Notes under the pieces: generated by a model
Database searches by the model: none
The model's input: only the letters and a program-made list of their open reading frames with translations
What the model was told of the DNA's origin: nothing
Assembly (NCBI RefSeq): GCF_006345805.1
Contig: NC_043004.1
Span: 95,108,001-95,172,000 of the forward strand
From: Octopus sinensis
Lineage: Eukaryota
Reading direction: 5' to 3'
DNA length: 64,000 bases
Shown: one piece after another, positions 14,506 through 26,517 of the stretch
Layout: each line of letters begins with the position of its first letter
Position numbering within the stretch: the stretch's first letter is position 1
Made by a program: the position numbers and the translations under genes

Positions 14506-15280
14506 AATTGAAATTGCGATTTTCGTATCACAAATCATGCTATTTAGCCACTTTGTAACTGTACATCTACAGTTTGTACTAAAAGGATTTAATCAAATAA
14601 TTTTAATCAAAACATTTTGATTATTGACCATTATCACTGGTTTCTCTTTGATTCAAATAAAGAGCATCAGTATTATGAAGATGAATACTAAGTGCTCTCT
14701 TGGATAGGGTATATGATGGGGGATTAACCTTAAGACTATCATGAAGTTATGATTAATTTTTCTACAGAAACATTGGGCAATATTATAGAAAAATAGCCTA
14801 ATCTCAGGTAAAGTTCTTTTTGTAACCACGTGGTTGTGGGATTGATCTCCCTGTGTGGGGTCACCTGGCGTAGTTTCAGATTGCCCAATATTTTATGAGG
14901 TGAATTAATTAGAAATGAACTATACGAAAGATCTGTCATTAAGCACATGTGACTCTAGAGTCCGCTTTATCAACAAATGCAGCGGGTCTGGTAATGGTGA
15001 TGAGAAATGTGGACCGTTTATGTTTATTCTGAGAACTGAGAAGTCACACACAGGATTTCATCCACACATGCATTTCACCAGATGCAACCAATAAGATCGA
15101 ATCGGGACTTATAAAGGAACCAAGAAAAGTTAGAAACTATTGTCAGAAATCGTCAAAAAGGAAGCTGTAGTACCCTCAATAGACCGAAAAAATATTGCAA
15201 CAGATTAGAGGCATGGCACAAATGAACTGAAAATAAAACACGTGGAAGGGGAATAAGATATAAGCGTGTGAGAGAAAATA

Positions 15281-15585
15281 TTCTTTTCTACTCTAGGCAC
15301 AAGGCCCGAAATTATAGAGGCGGGGACCAGTCGATTAGATCGACCCCAGTACGCAACTGGTACTTAATTTATCGACCCCGAAAGGATGAAAAACAAAGTC
15401 GATCTCGGAGGAATTTGAACTCAAAACATAAGACAGACGAAATACAGTTAAGCATTTCGCCCAGCGTGACAACGTTTCTTAATTCTTTACTGCCCACAAG
15501 GGACTACACACAGAGAGGACAAACAAGGACAGACAAACGGATTAAGTCGATTATATCGACCCCAGTGCGTAACTGGCACTTATTT
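15281..15585 (-). mobile_element. SINE B2 abutting a B1 3' fragment
   Basis: B2 at 15281-15479 matches 48152-48369; B1 tail at 15480-15585 matches 41582-41680. Confidence 0.85.
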
Positions 15586-15632
15586 AATATATATATATAA
15601 CAAAGTTGAGTTGTGGAGTATATATATATATA

Positions 15633-15835
15633 TATACTGGAGTAAACACATAAATGTGAAACAAGGTGGAAAAAAGAGTACTCAAATACCAGTGGTAGAG
15701 TAATATGCTTTATTTAAAGCAGCAGAAAATTCAACAAAACCTGTTACTCTGAGTTTCCCGTTGCCGTTCATCGGACAGTTTTTGCTGTCCGAGTAACAGG
15801 TTTTGTTGAATTTTCTGCTGCTTTAAATAAAGTAT
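15633..15835. mobile_element. PLE-like terminus with ~45-bp inverted arms and a degenerate HHR-like motif (minus strand)
   Basis: Arms 15704-15748 and 15789-15833 are reverse complements; minus strand reads CUGU-CCGAUGA-A-CGGCAACGG-GAAA-CUCAGAGU-A-ACAG; TA flanks. Confidence 0.6.
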
Positions 15836-15861
15836 ATATATATATATAATATATATATATA

Positions 15862-16030
15862 TACTGTTGTGTCTGGAGAGAGTCATTTTCTTTTTATGTC
15901 TTATAATTTAACACACTCACCGGTAAAATTTCCACTTATTCCTTATTTTTATTTTCCGAAAGTTTTACCGGTGAGTGTGTTGAATTATAAGACACAAAAA
16001 GAAAATGACTCTCGCCAGAAACAACAGAAT
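15862..16030. repeat. Fold-back element, ~70-bp inverted arms with a 25-bp spacer
   Basis: 15862-15932 versus 15958-16030 are reverse complements with few mismatches; begins in (TA)n. Confidence 0.9.
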
Positions 16031-16084
16031 ATGCTTCAACACACGAACTCACATAAAGAATCTTGCAAGCCAAATCCCAAAACG

Positions 16085-16151
<67 letters not shown>

Positions 16152-16180
16152 ATATATATATAATATATATATATATATAT

Positions 16181-16223
<43 letters not shown>

Positions 16224-16373
16224 GAAAGTGTGTCTATAGCCAGCTGGAGGAGGTGTCCTCCTGGGGCTACAAACTACAGTAGCATCCACCCTTAGGGGTT
16301 AGCCATATTCAAATGGCAAATATACGTCACGATGTGTTGCTACTACTGTTTATAACTCGCTCTGAGATTTATC

Positions 16374-16421
<48 letters not shown>

Positions 16422-17741
16422 ATGTATGTATGTATGTAAGTGTGTGTGTGTGTGCATCTTTTGCAGATTTCGAACTACTAACCTAAAATTCAGTAATCTG
16501 ATATCTTATTCATTCACTTTTGCTACAGTAGTTGACTAGAAAAGGTTATTGAAAATTTACTTTATATACACAGGAAGGAAGAACATAAGAATTATACGAA
16601 CACATGGCCAAGAAAACAATGCCCTGACACTCGCTTTAGGTATTTATATTGCTTTCAATGAAATACATAACTGAAGATCTAGAGATTAATCGGTAGCAAC
16701 CAACAAAGATACAAACACAAACTACAATAAATAACAAGCAAAAAAGAAAAGAAAAGAAGGGACACATTAGTTCTCTTGATCTAAATAAACAGATGACTGA
16801 CAAGAATAGAATATTGAAATCGCAATTATGGCGTGAATAATACATTAGAGACGATTAATAAAATAATGGTTCAGTAACTACGGAACACAATGGCATTTCT
16901 GGTATTCCTATGTTCATTGTGCTTTAATTATTGAATATTTTTTTTCTTTTTTAATTATTGAATCTTTTGTTGATGAAGATTGAAGATAAATTCATGAAAA
17001 CACGGCTATTGAACTTTACTCTTCATCTCCTTTCATTTTCTATTTTCGGTAAATGGTATTTTCTAACTCGCTAGGCACAGCGTCTAGGTGTTGGTTAGAT
17101 ACATTCAGAGAGTGTCCAGCTGTCGGCTGACTGGACTGAACAGACACAGTTCTTTCACTGTCATAAAGATATATACTGCAACAAGTGCTTGATCAAACAG
17201 ATAATGTGTCTAACTGGGACATATAATGTGCTTATAAGTTGAATCTTATCTATCTACTAGTTACCAACCTGTGCGATACAGTAGAAATGTTACTGGCAAA
17301 TAGGTACAAACGCTGTCGTGCTGCTATTTAGTATTGCACATTTCTCACTGTCTATAAGCCATGCATAGTTTCACTGCCAATAAATTCACTCAGTGTCTTA
17401 CTCTCCACAAAGTAGATTCAGAGCCTTACAAACAAGAAATGTCTACAATCGAGGTACCTAAACATCAAATCAGGAAGGACGTAAATTTTAGTTAGAAAAA
17501 AAAGAAGAGAAAACAGAACACTCATCACTGTCGACCGCGGAAAAGGCCCAGGTAGAAACTGTATACTGTAGACGAGCTGGCAGAAACGTTAGCACGCCGG
17601 TCGAAACGCTTAACAGTATTTCGTCTGCCGTTAAGACGAAATACTGCTAAGAAGAGAAAACAGAACACTCATCACTGTCGACCGCGGAGTGGCTATGTTC
17701 TCTAGGCAGAAAAAGACCAGGTAGAAACTCTATACTGTAGA

Positions 17742-18001
17742 CGAGCTGGCAGAAACGTTAGCACGCCGGGCGAAACGCTTAGAAGTATTTCGTCTGCCGT
17801 TACGTTCTGAGCTCAAATTTCGCCGAGGTCGACTTTGCCTTTCATCCTTTCGGGGTCGATAAATTAAGTACCAGTTACGCACTGGGGTCGATGAATTAAG
17901 TACCAGTTACGCACTGGGGTCGATGTAATCGACTTAATCCCTTTGCCTGTCCTTGTTTGTCCCCTTGATGTTTAGCCCCGTATGGGCAATAAAAAAATAA
18001 G
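17742..18001 (+). mobile_element. SINE B1 with an internal 32-bp tandem duplication
   Basis: Duplication 17852-17883 / 17884-17915; TSD-like agaaactcta(t/a)actgta on both sides. Confidence 0.9.
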
Positions 18002-18351
18002 AAACTCTAAACTGTACGTAGACGAATAGCGAAGAAGGATTTCGTACTCACAGGAGTAGCTAGCAGTAGAACGCCCAACAAAGGAAGTGCCGCAGTTTCC
18101 AGAAAGATTCCATGATAATTGATAGTATCTGTTACTTAAATTTATTAATCAGCAATGGACGTGTGTCTTGCTAAAGAGTAGGGCTAAAAAAATGTTAATG
18201 AAGCTATTCCTACTATTGAAGGAAAGGTTATATTAGCTAATATAGAACTACATATTCTTAGAAAGACATGATGGCCATAACTGAAATGCCTTCAATCACA
18301 GGCTTGCTTGATCAAAGCTGACCTGGGGATCAAAGCTGACCTAACATTATA

Positions 18352-18660
18352 ATGACGCTTTGGTACGGAGTACTATATTGCATGATAGTGGGAAATAAGG
18401 CATAAGTTTTGCGTGATAGAGTGACGTAGTATAAACGAACTGATAAGGAAAACGAGCATAAAAGGAATCAGCTTCTTAGTGCAGGATAGAAAATGGCACC
18501 GGTATTGGCATGTGGTGTGCATGGAAAATGAAATATGGGCGAAAAAGCGGTTAATAATGCATATAAGAGACTAGAGAAGAAAGAAGACCAAAGAAGACTT
18601 GATCAGCATTGGAAAGGAATTCACAAAGGAGTGAGAAAGAAGTCATGAGACTCCTCAAAG
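18352..18660 (+). mobile_element. Degraded RTE-clade LINE C-terminus
   Basis: Translates ALVRSTILHDS...IKGISFLVQDRKWHRYWHVVCMENEIWAKK...RRPKKT*, resembling the RTE VRS-hL-GSETW / RLRWYGHV / GRPKKTW motifs. Confidence 0.7.
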
Positions 18661-19020
18661 GAATAACAAAGAATTTGTATTGCAATTGACCAGTATGGAA
18701 AAGCAGGCGTAAAAATTATGTTTATACAAACGCATATATAGCTGCTTCAAGGATAAGATTAAATATACATCATATCCACAAACATGTCCTGATCTAGTAA
18801 GGGATGCCAGCGATGAAGGATCTAGTCTTTTTCATTCGCAAAATGAGCCCCCCCCCTATAATTTTGCTCAGATTGCTTTCAATTTTGGTGTATCGATGCA
18901 ACTCTGAATTTTGATTACTATCAACCAATTACTTTATCTCGTAAATTAAAGAATCTGATATTATTTGGGAAATTTGGGTAATTTTAAGCCTGTTAACAAA
19001 CAGCGTGGTATTAGCGGCTT

Positions 19021-19034
19021 GTTACCATGACAAC
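19021..19034. promoter_or_regulatory. X-box (RFX-binding) motif candidate
   Basis: GTTACCATGACAAC fits GTHNYYATRRNAAC; lies in non-repetitive sequence. Confidence 0.4.
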
Positions 19035-20419
19035 CGCATGCTGTGTTGTGGTTCACTGTTGTCTGTGCCGCTGTTGTCTATGTTGATTTTTCAAACTTGA
19101 TTCTTCACACCACGAGATTCTTTTTACCTGCGTGTTTTGTTTTAATTTTTCTGTGTGTTAGTATTTTTACTTATTTTTCATTTCATATATTTTTGGGATA
19201 CATTGTTTCAGATAGCTGGATTTATGATTTCTCTAGGTTAATTCTATTCAGAAAAAAATTAAATTAGGAGTATTTCTTAAACCGTTAGCTTCACATTTCA
19301 ACAGCTTAACTGAAATTTAGCCCAAGCAACAGGAACTGAGAGGGATATCGTGGAACAGAGAAACTGTGGGTGATACAGATAATTTGACATTATTTTTTAA
19401 TTCTGCATGCAAAAACGTATAAGATACAGGTATTCTTTTCCTTGGGACAAATTCTTTGTTGCCCAGTGCTATTCTCATCTTAGTTTACAAATCCAAGCAT
19501 GAAAACTTTACTCAACTTTGGAGTTTGGGGAACAAACGCCCCTTCACACACACACACACTCATGAATACATAAATGTACATATAAGCTTATGAATACATA
19601 CATCCACATGCACTTATATATTAATGATGTACACAAATGCATGACAGGTATATATAAAGTAAACACATGCAGACAAATATCTTAATATAACAAATTTAAA
19701 AAATAATAAAAACATACAATCAATGAGGTGGCAAAAGAAACAGTAAGATGACACATATTGATTTTATTATTTCTGTTGATTTAGAAACCTACAATGTACA
19801 GGTGATGTCACAGACGCTAAACTATAAATTTCACAGGGTACAACCTTAAAGTTGACACCGCTTCGCTAACCGCAGAAAATTTCTGTCTCGCTATTGGCTA
19901 AAGATACAGTTTCCCCGATCTTTAAACCTCTGTAACTCTTTCCTCTAATTTTTTCTCCCCAACATCACACCTTCATAGTAATGAGACTGGAAGACTATTT
20001 TATTATAGCCGATTTTCAGACTTTTTACATTCTTTTAAAAAATGCATGTTTAGCGAAAGAAAAAAAAAGGATCCGAGATGAAATTTCGTTTGCCTTTTTT
20101 CTCCTACTAAAAAGCAAAACTACATAAATAGGTAAAAGATCCCCTGAGTCAAGAGAAAAGCATTTTCTCAGCCGTCACAATTAATGAAACATTTTCAAAA
20201 GAAATAGTTTGAAAATGATCTAATAATTCTTCTAATATGTAAAAAGCATATCATATAAGCCTACAACAATCACTTCTGAGAAACCAGGCATACAACACTA
20301 TATACAAAACCAAAATTCCACTGATACGAATGCAAAAACAAAGGCTAAAGCAAGATTAAAACAACGATGCACAAACTAAAGTGCCATGATGTAGCAGCTA
20401 TTGAGGTGTGGTGCAAGCT

Positions 20420-20652
20420 TGTTAGTAGGCTGTTTGAAATTTCGGTTTCTTTTTGAACAATCAGCCTGTAAGTGTGCTTGTGTGTATGTGCGCGTTTCTC
20501 TCCTTGTTTTGTTCTGTGTATCTTTCTGTCGAAGAGCGTAGGCTCGAAACATAAAAGACTTTTTCTATTTCTATTCCTGAGCACTATACTAATACATTTG
20601 TTTGTTTGTACTCCACCTTCGTCTTTTGTTTATTTTCGCAAACCTTCCCGTT
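20420..20652 (+). mobile_element. PLE-like terminal repeat remnant with HHR-like motif (20521-20558)
   Basis: UCUUU-CUGUCGA-A-GAGC(GUAG)GCUC-GAAA-CAUA-AAAGA; ends in (TA)n; homologous to 21144 and 29466. Confidence 0.7.
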
Positions 20653-20711
20653 ATATATATATATAATATATATAATATGTGTGTGTGTGTGTGTGTGTAT
20701 GTGTATATATC

Positions 20712-20755
<44 letters not shown>

Positions 20756-20783
20756 GTGTGTGTGTGTGTGGTGTGTGTGTGTG

Positions 20784-20842
<59 letters not shown>

Positions 20843-20959
20843 TATTATATATATATATATACAAACACGACTGAATGAACGAAGTCAAGTATACTCACCA
20901 CAGTTAGTGTTATGTGTATTCAATTACTGTATGACCCGTTTATTCATATAAATTACTTG

Positions 20960-21272
20960 GGCTTGAGCACGTCCGAATTCTCAAATGTTGAGACAAACTG
21001 AAGAGAATTTAAACGAAATTTGAAATACTTTCTGGATGTGAACTATGTGGTTGGTAAGCTAGCTACTTACCACACATCCACCCCATGCGCCTCGCTAGCG
21101 ACTACACTTTCTTTATTTTCTGTCCTCGTTTCTTTATGTGTTCCTTTCTGTGGAAGAGCGTAGGCTCGAAATATTAAAGACTTTTTTACTTCCTGAAAGT
21201 TATACTAATTCTTCTGTTTGTTGTCTACACCACCTGTCTTCGTTTTTTGTTTTTAGTGAATTCTCCCTATCT
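20960..21272 (+). mobile_element. PLE-like terminal repeat remnant with HHR-like motif (21144-21179)
   Basis: CUUU-CUGUGGA-A-GAGC(GUAG)GCUC-GAAA-UAUU-AAAG; runs into a TA/CA tract. Confidence 0.7.
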
Positions 21273-21274
21273 AT

Positions 21275-21319
<45 letters not shown>

Positions 21320-21353
21320 ATATATATAATATATATATATATATATATGTATG

Positions 21354-21398
<45 letters not shown>

Positions 21399-21674
21399 CT
21401 GCATCTATATACTGCATATATTATATATGGCTAAGCATGGCCGTAGATCAATGATTGAAATGTTGTATACTTATATATGTGTGTGTGCGTATGTCTTTCT
21501 GTGTCTGTGTAAGTGTATACACACGCACACATATGCATGCATGTATGTATATGCATGTATAATAGTGTACGAGTAGATGTACGCGTGTGAGTGTGTGCAT
21601 GTATGTACGTATTAAATATGCATATTAAGTATATTATTTATTTGCACGCTTGGGCGTGCTTATGTTATATTCAT

Positions 21675-21728
<54 letters not shown>

Positions 21729-22299
21729 CGTTATTTATGTGTATGTAAACATACATATTCATGTGTTTCTTTGCATGCATTTGTCAGCAAGCATGTTATA
21801 TACAGACAAATGCTCTCAAACATATAAAAGAATTAAAAGTATCCTCAATGAACGTACAAAACCAGCAGGATTATATATCTTCCTTAACGGCCCAAAAGAA
21901 ATATAATACCTACTATATAAAACAAAGATGCGAATAAAAATATATATATACATAAATTTCATAAATGCATGCATTTATGCAATTTACAGCCAAGATTTTC
22001 TATACATCATATATATATATATATACATACATACACAGACACATACATATATATATATACACGTACACCTACACACAAAACACATATACATCACGTATGC
22101 ATATATACGTACACGTACAAAGAGTGTTTACAAAGTTACTACAATGTAAACAGAAAATAAATAAACGAAGAAATCAATGAGGAAAAACAAAATGCCAAGG
22201 AAAACAAAGTTTTGTATGTTCGCTGTATTTTACATTATTTCAGCTTAAATGTTCTTATCAAGAAAAATGGAAACTGAGTTTAACTCTGATCTTTAAAGA

Positions 22300-23110
22300 T
22301 AGATGTCGCGTACACTATTCTGCATTGTTCTGAGTATTTTCACTTTTTAAGTTAACGCATATCCAGTGAGATCTGTAGATGAAAATTCTCAAAAAGTATC
22401 TCTTCTAGCTGAGATTATATCTCTTATTCAGTTCAATGATATTGGTAACTATTTTCAAGATCTGCAACTTCTTAATCAAGCATAGTCTACAGTTTCCAAA
22501 CATGGTATTGTATAGAACGTTCTTTATACAACACTTTTGTATAAACACGTTTGTGTCTACAGTCACTTAGTTTTAAAATAAACTGAAGGAAACAGGAGTT
22601 CGCTTTGGGCTTTGACCTGAATGAGTTCGGTTGTTTCTTATATCGGTTTTTAAATGCATTTACTGTCAGTCCCATTTATTTTTCATCGATAACATCTGTA
22701 GTTGTCATAGCTGTATTATGCATCGATGATTTGGAAAGACCCGATCCTGTAATAGGACAGTTTGATAAATTTCGCTGGTTACAATTTTCCTTGAGTAACG
22801 TGGCTATGTATTTTTCTTAGATTAAGTTCTGAAGTTTGTGAAGTATGGCTCTCTAGACAAGTAAATTATTTAATAATGTTGATGGTGATAAGTTTGTAGC
22901 AAATATATGAAAGTAGGAACTGGAATATTATTCGCGATAGAAATTTCCTGGCTATGTCGATGGTTCATGCTAAAGACTGAATTGAACCGAATTATCTTAT
23001 TTTTCTGGGGGATGTATCTGAGAGATGTCTTTTTTTAAATACTAGTTTCTCACTAAAACCACTTCTTGTTGAAGCATTGCAATAGTAGAGGGCAGCAAAG
23101 TAAAAATATC
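22300..23110 (-). mobile_element. Penelope-like element ORF remnant (RT C-terminal linker + GIY-YIG endonuclease), multiple stops and frameshifts
   Basis: Minus strand gives SGFSEKLVF..KNKIIRFNSVFS..CNQRNLSNCPITGSGLSKSS..*MGLTVNAFKNRYKKQPNSFR..KKLQILK..LNKR, matching PLE motifs (IIWFNPPFS, CNC..CPL.G, YIGLT..FK.RY, LNKR). Confidence 0.8.
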
Positions 23111-23391
23111 CCTGTCAAAGGTTAAATTTAAAACTATTTTCTTGAGTCACATACGAAGATCTTACTAACAGTTTGAATGTGGTTGAATGTACGCAGCCCT
23201 CTTGTTTGGATCCCTGAAGAGGAGATGTTTGGTTGCGATCAAGTCAAATACAATGCAATGCCAAGAAAGTTGACTACTTGTAGCTGGTGTTAATGGGGCT
23301 GCTAAAACGATAGACAGACATATATATATGTATGTGCACATACAGTTGCGTACATAAAAATGCACACACACAGGGGGGGACACACATATAT

Positions 23392-23462
<71 letters not shown>

Positions 23463-23799
23463 GTACACATACATACATACATATATTTATATATATATTA
23501 GATGACTGCAGAATTGGTAGGTAATTCTCTTGTCGATAATTCATTTTAGTGGGGATTTTTAAAATTAACTATCACATCAGTTTATCAGTGTATATACAAA
23601 GACACGCGCGCGCATCGAAACAAGGTTCATGTAAGTACGTATATATTGTGTGTATGCACGTTTCTATTTATACATATAGATGAGAACTCACATTGGTACA
23701 TTCACAAATAAAGAAGCTGTAACATATATGAGCATTCACATATTTATAAATGTGTGAATTAACAGCGCACCTACATACACTCTCTCATACGCACATGCA

Positions 23800-23860
<61 letters not shown>

Positions 23861-23869
23861 GTATATATA

Positions 23870-23930
<61 letters not shown>

Positions 23931-23955
23931 TTATATATATATATATGTATGTTTG

Positions 23956-23991
<36 letters not shown>

Positions 23992-24845
23992 TGTGTGTGT
24001 GTATACATATATATATGTAGCTATATATATGCATATATTTCATGAGTACCTGTCTTTACACACGCTTACGTATACATACTGCCATGCATAATATAAACGT
24101 ATGTATGTGTGTATTTCTGTGTTAAGTTTGTTGAACTTCAAAATATTAGAAAAGGTTCTAAAGAAAAACTGAAGAACAAAATTTATGTTGTAGAAATATA
24201 TATAACATTTTAAACAAGTGAGTGTGGAGAAAAACAATCATAAAATTTTAAAAATCAATAAGATGAAGATGATGATAATTATGATGATGGTGATGAAACA
24301 TTTATAGTGCATAGTAACATGAAAGGAATATCCTCAAAGATCTTACCAAATTATAAGTACACTACAGCATTTGAGAAAATATCTGAGCAAAAGTTAATTA
24401 AATTCTCGAAGTTCTACATCTATCCACGATGATTTAATCAAATAATTAAGCACGAATTATTTTAACTAAAAATGATTTCATTGAGAAATTTCCTTAGAGC
24501 CATTTTAAACAAATTTTATACATTTTCAGTAGGAAATTTTTCGTAAATGTAGCTTTGTCCACATGTATGAGATGGGTTTGTGGAAAAGAAAGGTGAATTA
24601 GAGATGGGAGAAGGAAAAATGGCGACAGCAGTGGTGTGGGCTGATGATGATGATGATGACGACGACGACGACGATAGGGGTAGGAGGGATTGATTGTGAT
24701 GTTAGTAGTGTTGTTAACAGTGGAAGTAGGTAGAGTATTAGTTGTATTGGTGGGTATGTTTCATTATTCTTTCTTAACCTCAGTTAAAGTACATTTGTTT
24801 GTGCAAAGCAACTGATGAGAAGACAATTACACAATTGAAAAAAAG

Positions 24846-24883
24846 CAATAATAATAATGATAATAATAATAATAATAATAATA

Positions 24884-24945
<62 letters not shown>
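24846..24945. repeat. (AAT)n microsatellite
   Basis: Directly visible. Confidence 0.95.
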
Positions 24946-24947
<2 letters not shown>

Positions 24948-25175
24948 GATTGTCTTAACTGGTACATCACACGTATTAAGAAGAGCATTGTCGCTGTGAG
25001 AGCTGTTACTGCCCATGTATTTTAATTTAACCTTAAAAAAAAAATGAACGAACTATTGAGTTTGGTTTAATGGCCTACCAATGTATACTATGAGTTTCTT
25101 TGCCCTATGAGTCGGGAAGACGCTCGGCAAGAAATGGAAGCAAATTTGAAAGAACAAAAAAAAAATATAATAATA
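24946..25175 (+). mobile_element. R4/Dong-like 3' end 1 (KIVLTGTSHVLRRALSL* + 3' UTR)
   Basis: C-terminal QK-hL-GT..hLR motif; starts directly after (AAT)n and ends A-rich/taataat. Confidence 0.7.
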
Positions 25176-25279
25176 TATACATACATATATACATACATAC
25201 ATACATACAGGAGTTGGACAAAATAATGGAAACACCTAGCATCATGGCATCATAATTTTGAAATATCTATAAAACCAAA

Positions 25280-25888
25280 AGAGGAAAGCGTTACTCATAT
25301 AGTAAGTGAATGTAGCATGCTGGCACAGAAAGAATACAAGAAATGACATGACAATCTAGGGAGAGTAATCCACTGGATGTTATGTAGAAAGCTAGGATTT
25401 GAACATACTGATAAATAGTATGAACATGAACCTAGTAATGTACTGGAAAGTAAGAAGTAGAAGATGTTGTGGGACTTTAACAATCAGACTGATAGATTAA
25501 TAGAAGCCAGAAGGCCTGGTTTAGTAGTAGTAGACAAACAGAATAGAAAACGCCAGATAATTGACTTTACCGTCCTAAATGACGAAAAAAAAATCAATAT
25601 GAGAGGCATAGAGAAAATATCAAAGTACCAGGACCTAGCCATTGAATTGCATAGACTATGGAAACTGCGGGTAAAATGTATCCCAGTAATAGGTGCATTA
25701 GGAACTATCGTTAAAGATTTGAATAGATGGATAGAGGAATAGGCATAAAACCCAGTTTAGTACAACTCCAGAAAATAGTATTGTTAGGAACAGCTAGCAT
25801 ACTTACGAGGGTTGATTGCGTCTAACCTTACTTGTTGTAGTCCGATGTTAGGAATTTTCCTTTTCCAATAGTCTAATCTGTTGTGTGT
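25280..25888 (+). mobile_element. R4/Dong-like 3' end 2: zinc-knuckle region + restriction-like endonuclease
   Basis: EESVTHIVSECSMLAQKEYKK*HD...LWDFNNQTDRLIEARRPGLVVVDK..IIDF..KYQDLAIEL..W..LQKIVLLGTA; poly-A end. Confidence 0.88.
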
Positions 25889-26114
25889 ATATCCTTAAAA
25901 AAAAAAAATGTTTTAGCCCGAAGGCCGCGGCCATGCTGGGGCACCACCGCTGAATAATGAATAATGATGATGATGATGATGATGATGATGATCCTTTCTA
26001 CGATAGGCACAAGGAGGGAGGGGAGAGGAGTAGTCTATGACATCGACCCCAGTGTTCAACTAGTACTTATTAAAAAAAAAACAGTTCTTTTCCTCATCGA
26101 TATGACTGTCCTAT

Positions 26115-26451
26115 TTAATACAAATGCATCTCATAAAACCTACCAAAGGTTGAACAAGTACAAGTTTCTTGACAGAAATTGGAAAAATGTGGAAACTCAA
26201 GACTAGAACAATCTCAGTGGTTGTAAGTGCCCTAAGAATAACAGCAAAAGAGGCAGAATATAACCTATCCCAAATCCCAGGGGATCCAAAAATGGAAAAC
26301 AAATCAAAATATAATACTTAGGGACTGCTCATGTCCTACGAAAATCAACCATTTTTGTCATAATGCGTACTTGAACTTAGAACTTGCTGTCTCTTGAGGT
26401 CTCTGAGTGAGATTTCGACTCAGCTTGTACAAACACAAAACAAAATCCAAA

Positions 26452-26482
<31 letters not shown>

Positions 26483-26515
26483 GCAGCAGCTGCAACAGCA
26501 ACTGCAACAACAAAA
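26115..26515 (+). mobile_element. R4/Dong-like 3' end 3 with (AAC)n tail
   Basis: Frameshifted KYK..EIGKMWKLKTRTISVVVSAL..ILRTAHVLRK; distinct 3' UTR ending in (AAC)n. Confidence 0.75.
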
Positions 26516-26517
26516 AT

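Noticed and set aside
14780-15260. Possible RTE remnant (LLSEIVK-KRKL*Y)
   Set aside because: Only one short frameshifted motif; insufficient to call
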